The notes under the pieces are model-generated. The model did not search any database, was not told the origin of the DNA, and saw only the letters and a program-made list of their open reading frames with translations. A stretch of 31,360 nucleotides of DNA from Planctomycetota bacterium (lineage in GTDB: Bacteria; Planctomycetota; B15-G4; JADJEK01), in contig JBGAIQ010000061.1 in NCBI GenBank assembly GCA_044225365.1, positions 1 to 31,360 on the forward strand. Reading direction: 5' to 3'. Below, piece after piece: positions 25,461-31,360 of this stretch (position 1 is the first letter of the stretch; every line of letters starts with the position of its first letter). Both the position numbers and the translations under genes were made by a program.

Positions 25461-25931
25461 TCAGTGGCCGACTTCCTCGAAGATCGAGATCACGTCTTCC
25501 GCGCTCTTCGCGCTGCGCAGGAAGCGGCTGAAATCCTCGTGGCGCTTCAGGCGCGACAACCAGCGCAGGATCGCGAGGTGATCGTCGTGTTGCGTCTTCG
25601 GCGAGAGAATGAGGAAGAAGAGATCGCAGGCCTCACCGTCGACGGCCTTGAAGTCGATCCCGCGACGCGCGACTCCGACTGCCGTGACGACGCTCGTCAC
25701 TTGATCGGTCTTCGCGTGTGGAATCGCCATCCCGGCGCCGATACCGGTGCTCCCGAGACTCTCGCGGGCGAGAACGGCTTCGAGCACGTCCTTTCGCTTG
25801 CCCGCGGAAATTCGGCCGGACGCGACGACGGCATCGACCAGTCGAGTGACCACGCCTTCGCGGCTGTCGGCATCGAGCCCGAGGACGACGGTGTCCGCGG
25901 TGAAAAGGGTGTGGAACGACCTCTCGTCCAA
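25461..25931 (-). CDS. ptsN: PTS EIIA component (Ntr/Fru type)
   Basis: RESLGSTGIGAGMAIPHAK, GIDFKAVDG; located in the rpoN-hpf cluster; TTG start. Confidence 0.88.
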   Translation of the reverse strand: MDERSFHTLFTADTVVLGLDADSREGVVTRLVDAVVASGRISAGKRKDVLEAVLARESLGSTGIGAGMAIPHAKTDQVTSVVTAVGVARRGIDFKAVDGEACDLFFLILSPKTQHDDHLAILRWLSRLKRHEDFSRFLRSAKSAEDVISIFEEVGH

Positions 25932-25936
25932 GGCGA

Positions 25937-26341
25937 CTACTCTTCGTCCTTGTGAACGACGTCGTCGACGGTGCCTTCACCTTCGCCGAACAGGCCGGCG
26001 TCGGCTGCGGGCGAGTTGCCGCGAGAGGCTTCGTCACTCATGCTCGGGCCATGATGGTGCTTCTTGCGGTCGCGGAGTCGGCGCAACTGGTGATCGACCT
26101 TGTCGACGACGAGATCGATCGCGGCGAGGGCCTGCGCATGCTGGACGTGGCCGATCACGACGGGGCCGCGATTCGCCGAGACGATCATCTCGATCTGGAA
26201 GTTGTCGTGGGCGTGATCGAGAACGATCTCGATCCGCGCGTCTTTCTTCACGAACTTCTGAACCTTCTCCGCCTTGCTTCGAGCGTATTGCTCGAACTCG
26301 GGAGTGATCTTCACGTGTCGTCCGGTGATTTGAATGTTCAA
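25937..26341 (-). CDS. hpf: Ribosome hibernation promoting factor (HPF/RaiA)
   Basis: MNIQITGRHVKIT, AAIDLVVDKVDHQLRRLRDR; GGAGG RBS, TTG start. Confidence 0.92.
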   Translation of the reverse strand: MNIQITGRHVKITPEFEQYARSKAEKVQKFVKKDARIEIVLDHAHDNFQIEMIVSANRGPVVIGHVQHAQALAAIDLVVDKVDHQLRRLRDRKKHHHGPSMSDEASRGNSPAADAGLFGEGEGTVDDVVHKDEE

Positions 26342-26420
26342 CAGGGCCTCCGCGTTCGTTGTCGTCGCGATCGCATCGCGACGACGAAAGGGTCGATATC
26401 AAGACCTGCGTCCGGTCGAG

Positions 26421-27218
26421 TCAATAATCGACCTTCCACAGGAAGAGTCCTTGCGCGGGGAGCGCCGCCGGAGCGCGACGTCGATCGCGGGCCTCCAGGA
26501 TTCCTCGCACTCCCGAAGGATCGAGCGCTCCGAGTCCCACCTTGAGGAGTGTTCCGGCGATCGTGCGCACCATGTGCATCAGGAACCCGTTCCCCGTCGC
26601 ATGGATGCGCACCCCGTTCTTGGTGCGACGGATCCGCAGGGCGTAGATCGTCCGCACCGTATCCGCGACGTCTCGCATCTCCGCGGCGAAGGAACGGAAA
26701 TCGTGAGTTCCGACGAGTTCCCGCGCGGCCCGACGCATCGTGTCGACATCGAGCGCCCGCCATACGTGATGCGTATACCGGCGTACGAACGGGCTCTCGC
26801 AGACGCCCTGGTGGAACTGGTAGCAGTACGTCTTGCGCCGCGCCGAGAAGCGCGCGTGGAAACCGGGAGTCACCTCATCGGAACGCGCGATCGCGATGTC
26901 CGGCGGCAATGTCGCGTTCAACGCCCGCTGGAACGTGAGTGCGGAGAGATTTCGATTCGTGACGAAGTGCGCGACCTGCCCGAGCGCGTGGACGCCGGCG
27001 TCCGTGCGCCCGGATCCATGCAATGTCGTCGGTCGATGACAGAGCGGAAGCAGCGCGGCCTCGACGACTCCCTGGACGCTGCGCCCGACCTCCTGACGTT
27101 GCCATCCGCAGAACTCGGTGCCGTCGTACTGGAGGACGAGGCGGATCGTCCGCTCGGCGCTCAACGGAACGTCGTCCGTCGATGCTCCTGCTGCGTCCGG
27201 TGCGGACTCGTCGACCAC
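26421..27218 (-). CDS. truA: tRNA pseudouridine(38-40) synthase
   Basis: YDGTEFCGWQRQ, SGRTDAGVHA, FHARFSA, GTHDFRSF, GNGFLMHMVR. Confidence 0.96.
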   Translation of the reverse strand: MVDESAPDAAGASTDDVPLSAERTIRLVLQYDGTEFCGWQRQEVGRSVQGVVEAALLPLCHRPTTLHGSGRTDAGVHALGQVAHFVTNRNLSALTFQRALNATLPPDIAIARSDEVTPGFHARFSARRKTYCYQFHQGVCESPFVRRYTHHVWRALDVDTMRRAARELVGTHDFRSFAAEMRDVADTVRTIYALRIRRTKNGVRIHATGNGFLMHMVRTIAGTLLKVGLGALDPSGVRGILEARDRRRAPAALPAQGLFLWKVDY

Positions 27219-27231
27219 GATCGATCTTGCG

Positions 27232-28653
27232 TCAATACGCGCGGCGCTGCCGCGACGACGGAATGTTCAGCATCTTGCGGTACTTCGTGACCGTGCGCCG
27301 CGCGATGTCGAGACCGAGAGACTTCAAACGCTCCACGATCTCTTCGTCGGAGAGCGGGTTTTGCTTGTCCTCGTTGTCGATGATGTCCTTGACCTTGTTG
27401 CGCACCGAGTCGCGCGACTCGAGCCCCGCAGCGTCGCCGCCCGGAGCCGCGCCCGTGAAGAAGAACTTCATCGGGTAGATCCCCTTCGGCGTCTGCATCC
27501 ACTTCTCGGAGATGGCGCGACTTACCGTCGAGACGTGAAGGCCGAGGATGTCGGCGACGTCGCGCATCTTGAGGGGCCGCAATCGATCGTGTTCGAAGAA
27601 GTCGCGCTGGTGAGCGACGATCTCCTGGGCGACCTTGCGCAACGTATCCTTGCGCTGCTCGATCGCTTCGATGAGGAAGCGGGCGCGCTCGATCTTTCCC
27701 TTGAGGTCGCGCCGATTGCGACCGGCGACGCGCTTCTCGCGATAGGCGTCGACGCTCGCCGCGCTGATCGCGAGTTGCGGGTAGACGTCGTCGTCCAGCT
27801 TCACGGTGTATTCGCCGTCGTTCCGTTCCACGATCACATCGGGTCGAATCGCGATCGCAGCGTCCTCGCGGAACAAACGGCCCGGCGGAGGCGTGAGGAT
27901 CGTCCGGAGATCCTCCATCGCGAGCTTGATCGTGTCGATGTCGGCACCCGTCTCGCGGCAGATCTTCGGAAGCTTGTTGTCGCGCCAGTCCTCGAGGTGG
28001 TCCTTCACGAGCTTCCGATGCAGTGCGTAACGGACGTGGGATGGCTCGAGCTGCGAGAGGAAGCACTCGACGAGATCGCGACACCCGACGCCCGGCGGAT
28101 CGAGCGATTTCAAGTAGTCGAGCGCGGCCCTGGCGTCGGCCAGCGTGTACTTCTCGTCGTGCGGGATGAGGATCTCCTCGATCGGGTCGGGCAGGAATCC
28201 GTTCTCGTCGAGATGGTCGATCAGGATCTCCACGAATTCGCGGATCCTCGGCTTGAGATTGGCGAAGGCGACTTGACCGAGGAGATGCTCGCGCAGCGAG
28301 TGAGTCTCGACCGAGGCATTGGCCAGCGCCTCCTGCTTGGGGTCGCGCTCGCCGTCGTCGCGCGCTCGCGGGCGGCGCAGGACCTCGCCGTACCCTCGGT
28401 ACTGTTCGAGGTCGCCGGAGACCTGTTCGCCGGTCTCGAGTTCGGCGGTCGGCTTTTCCGGCTTGGGCGCATCCGAATCGCGCTCGCGGCGCGCGGGCTC
28501 GTATTCGAGCGACTCGTTCTCGCTCAACTCCTGCTGGATGAGTTCGATCAGTTCCTGCGAGGGGAGCTGCAGGATCTCGATCCGCTGGATCAACTGCGGC
28601 GAGAGCTTGAGCTGCAGCTCGGGTCGTTGGGAGAGCGAGAGGTCGAGTCTCAT
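27232..28653 (-). CDS. rpoN: RNA polymerase sigma-54 factor
   Basis: Q/L-rich region I, LDENGFL, DPPGVG, LHVSTVSRA, RpoN box ARRTVTKYR. Confidence 0.97.
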   Translation of the reverse strand: MRLDLSLSQRPELQLKLSPQLIQRIEILQLPSQELIELIQQELSENESLEYEPARRERDSDAPKPEKPTAELETGEQVSGDLEQYRGYGEVLRRPRARDDGERDPKQEALANASVETHSLREHLLGQVAFANLKPRIREFVEILIDHLDENGFLPDPIEEILIPHDEKYTLADARAALDYLKSLDPPGVGCRDLVECFLSQLEPSHVRYALHRKLVKDHLEDWRDNKLPKICRETGADIDTIKLAMEDLRTILTPPPGRLFREDAAIAIRPDVIVERNDGEYTVKLDDDVYPQLAISAASVDAYREKRVAGRNRRDLKGKIERARFLIEAIEQRKDTLRKVAQEIVAHQRDFFEHDRLRPLKMRDVADILGLHVSTVSRAISEKWMQTPKGIYPMKFFFTGAAPGGDAAGLESRDSVRNKVKDIIDNEDKQNPLSDEEIVERLKSLGLDIARRTVTKYRKMLNIPSSRQRRAY

Positions 28654-29255
28654 GCGCCGCCCTCGATGACACGGCGACCCGCGACGGCCTCGGCGAGGAC
28701 AGCGCTATTGCTGTACTCGACCGCCGACCCTGCCGGGATCCCTCGCGCGATCCGCGTGACTTTCACGCAACTCTTCTTGAGCACGGTCTGCAGGTAGAGC
28801 GCGGTCCCGTCGCCCTCGAAATCGGGGTCGACCCCGAGGATGATCTCCTTCGCGTTCCCCTCGGTCAGTCGCTTCAAGAGACGCTCGATCGTGAGGTGAC
28901 TGGGTTCGATGCCTTCGACGGGATTCAACGCGCCGCCGAGGACGTGGTAGTCGCCGCGGAAACCGGCACCTTCATAGGCTTCGACGTCGTGAGGCTGTTC
29001 GACCACGAGGATCGTGGAATGGTCGCGGGAGGGATCGGCGCACCGTGCGCACGGGTCGGTCAGCGTCACGGTGCAGCAAGCGGAACACGTCTTGACGTTC
29101 TTCTTGACGTCACGGATCGCCACCGCGAGCGCGAACGCCTCTTCCGGGCTCGTGCGCAGGACGTGGAATGCGAGTCGTTCGGCCGTGCGGGCGCCAATGC
29201 CCGGCATCTTGTCGAACTCTCGGATCAACTGTTGGATCGGTTCCGGATAGGGCAT
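28650..29255 (-). CDS. recR: Recombination protein RecR
   Basis: MPGIGARTAERLAF, C4 Zn finger, VVEQ, YHVLGG, EGDGTA, VTRIARGIPAG. Start set at MPYPE. Confidence 0.96.
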   Translation of the reverse strand: MPYPEPIQQLIREFDKMPGIGARTAERLAFHVLRTSPEEAFALAVAIRDVKKNVKTCSACCTVTLTDPCARCADPSRDHSTILVVEQPHDVEAYEGAGFRGDYHVLGGALNPVEGIEPSHLTIERLLKRLTEGNAKEIILGVDPDFEGDGTALYLQTVLKKSCVKVTRIARGIPAGSAVEYSNSAVLAEAVAGRRVIEGGA

Positions 29256-29454
29256 CTTCGGTTCACAACTCCCGCGGGCCGCGAGCAGCAGCAAGCGGAA
29301 TACCGAAGACTATATACCGCATTCGCATCGAGTTATACGGCTGGCGAGATTCTTGCTTCTCTCGAGGGCCCGGACCTTCCCGAAGTGCGCAGCGCCGCCG
29401 GGTTTGGTGCGCGGAATCGAACTGCGGCTTCGATGACGGCGGAGCCTCGCCGGT

Positions 29455-29775
29455 TCAGAACATTCCGGGCAGCGACAGTCCGCCGGTGAGGCGGGACAAT
29501 TCGGTCTTGGCGAGTTCTCGCGCACGATCGAGCGCTTGCTTGGTGGCCGCGAGCACCAGGTCCTCGAGGACTTCGGGCTCCTTGGGATCGATGCACTGCG
29601 GATCGATGTGCACCGAGACGATCTCGAGGCCGCCGTTCACCTGGATCTTGACGGCCCCGCCGCCCGAGGTGCCATCGACGATGCGATGCTTCAACGCCTC
29701 CTGCGTCTTGCCCATCTCTTGCTGCATGCGCTGCGCCTGCTTCAGCAGTCCAGCGAGGTCACCTAGGCCAGCCAT
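29455..29775 (-). CDS. ybaB: Nucleoid-associated protein YbaB/EbfC
   Basis: LKQAQRMQ, GTSGGGAV, IDP, LEDLVLAA, LPGMF; GAGG RBS before MAGL. Confidence 0.95.
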   Translation of the reverse strand: MAGLGDLAGLLKQAQRMQQEMGKTQEALKHRIVDGTSGGGAVKIQVNGGLEIVSVHIDPQCIDPKEPEVLEDLVLAATKQALDRARELAKTELSRLTGGLSLPGMF

Positions 29776-29835
29776 GATCTTCCTCGTACTTCGTAGTGGA
29801 GTCGGCATCGCGGTCTTGCGATGCGTGGGATTCGT

Positions 29836-31344
29836 TCACTCGATGCGTCGGCCTTCGAACATCTCCATGGCGCGTTCGACCACTTTGGGGTCCGCAGTGC
29901 CTTGGGGAGCCGCGTTCGCGCCGCCCGCGGACGCCGCCGCGGAGGCCGCGACCTCGCGCAGAGTCAGCACCCGACCGAACGAGGCCATGCTGGCCTCGTC
30001 GACCGCCCGGCGCAACTTCGGATCGGCGAGCGAATAGATCGCGTGAGCGGTCTTGCCAGAGAGGCTCGCAACCTCGATCTCGCCGCCGCGAAGCGCGACG
30101 GCGCGAAAGCTGCGAAGAAACGCGCCGAGGGCGACGTTTCCCGCTTCCACCGTTCGCACGATGCGATCGAAGATCGGGCCGGGGGCCGCGTCGGGAGAGA
30201 TCGCCACGACCGCACCCACTGCGGGCCCCGCGGTAGCGATCGCAGGCGATGGACTCGAGGTCCCGCCCCCGCTTCGCAGCATCTCCAGCGCCTCGCGGAT
30301 CGGTAGCGCGTCGCCAAACCGCGTGATGCGCAGCAAGGCGAGTTCGAGCGCAAGGCGAGGATCGTCGTGATCACGAACCCTTCGACGCGCATCGAGGAAG
30401 AGGTTCGTGAAGGCGATCAGTCGATCGAGTTCGGGTCCGATCGTCGGCGCCGTCGCCGCGGCATGCATCCGCTCGCCGATCTCGGAGAGCAAGGCGTCGA
30501 TGATGTTCTCCGCAGCGACACCGACTCCGTCGAGGCGCTCGATCTCGCGCGCGACCGCGCCTGCATCGCCCTTGAAGAGCGAGGTGAACAACTGAGCGAT
30601 CGTCTCATGGGACAACGCGCCGATCACGGCGAGCGCACCCTCGTGAGTGACCTTGCCGCCGCCATGCGTGATCACCTGATCGAGGAGCGACTGGGAATCG
30701 CGCATGCCGCCCTTCGCGGCCCGCGCGATCGCTTTCAGCGCTCCGTCGTCGGCCTCGATCTTCTCCGCCTCGCAGATCTGCTTCAGGCGCGCGACGATCT
30801 CGGCGTCCGCAACTCGCTTGAACTCGAACCACTGGCAGCGGCTGCGAATCGTCTCCGGGATGCGCTCGGGCTCGGTCGTCGCGAGCACGAAGAGCACGTG
30901 CGGTGGCGGCTCCTCGAGGATCTTGAGGAGCGCGTTGAACGCTTCGTTCGTCAACTGATGTGCTTCGTCGACGATGTAGAACTTGTGCTTGCCGAGCATC
31001 GGCGCGACGCGCGCGCGCTCACGCAGCTCGCGGATGTCGTCGATGCCGCGATTGCTCGCAGCGTCGATCTCGACCACATCGAGATCCGACCCCTTGAGGA
31101 TCGACACGCAGCGCCCGCACTTGCCGCACGGCTCCGGGCTCATCCCCTTCTCGCAACAAAGGGATCGCGCGAGAATGCGCGCGAGCGACGTCTTGCCGAC
31201 ACCGCGCGGCCCCGAGAAGAGGTAGGCGTGCGCGATCCGATCCATGCGCAACGCATTCTTCAGCGTCTGCGCGACGGCCGGCTGGCCCGCGACCTCGTCG
31301 AAGGTCTGCGGTCGGTACTTGCGTGCGATGACGAGGTAGCTCAT
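29836..31344 (-). CDS. dnaX: DNA polymerase III subunit gamma/tau
   Basis: ARKYRPQTF, GPRGVGKT, EIDAASNRG, DEAH, LEEPP, SRC, GGMRDS. Confidence 0.97.
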   Translation of the reverse strand: MSYLVIARKYRPQTFDEVAGQPAVAQTLKNALRMDRIAHAYLFSGPRGVGKTSLARILARSLCCEKGMSPEPCGKCGRCVSILKGSDLDVVEIDAASNRGIDDIRELRERARVAPMLGKHKFYIVDEAHQLTNEAFNALLKILEEPPPHVLFVLATTEPERIPETIRSRCQWFEFKRVADAEIVARLKQICEAEKIEADDGALKAIARAAKGGMRDSQSLLDQVITHGGGKVTHEGALAVIGALSHETIAQLFTSLFKGDAGAVAREIERLDGVGVAAENIIDALLSEIGERMHAAATAPTIGPELDRLIAFTNLFLDARRRVRDHDDPRLALELALLRITRFGDALPIREALEMLRSGGGTSSPSPAIATAGPAVGAVVAISPDAAPGPIFDRIVRTVEAGNVALGAFLRSFRAVALRGGEIEVASLSGKTAHAIYSLADPKLRRAVDEASMASFGRVLTLREVAASAAASAGGANAAPQGTADPKVVERAMEMFEGRRIE

Positions 31345-31360
31345 CGCGCTCGATCATAGT

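Noticed and set aside
29836-31344. dnaX programmed frameshift site
   Set aside because: No AAAAAAG or poly-A slippery run seen.

Overview
GC-rich bacterial chromosomal window; every gene except the first is on the minus strand. Gene order (dnaX-ybaB-recR-rpoN; hpf-PTS IIA-HPr) and protein style suggest a Planctomycetota-like organism (inference). Housekeeping genes (dnaX, ybaB, recR, rpoN, truA, hpf, PTS IIA, ptsH, RNase E/G, rplU, rpmA, obgE, coaX, an EF-G paralog) are interleaved with a nearly complete type IVa pilus system split into four modules: pilM-pilN-pilO(long)-pilQ; a second PilT/PilU ATPase plus a GspC-like PDZ protein; pilD; and pilT-pilB-pilC-TPR-pilin-pilin. Main points: (1) a shared sigma28/FliA-like promoter motif with identical spacing in front of three pilus modules; (2) no separate pilP, but PilO carries a PilP/GspC-HR-like C-terminal extension; (3) two large tandem pilins with a DxDxDG loop and a DUF2950-like fold, separated by a terminator; (4) a probable ~715-nt structured leader before RNase E/G; (5) an EF-G paralog with altered G motifs behind a small IS-end-like inverted repeat. 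No rRNA, tRNA, CRISPR array or transposase was seen.
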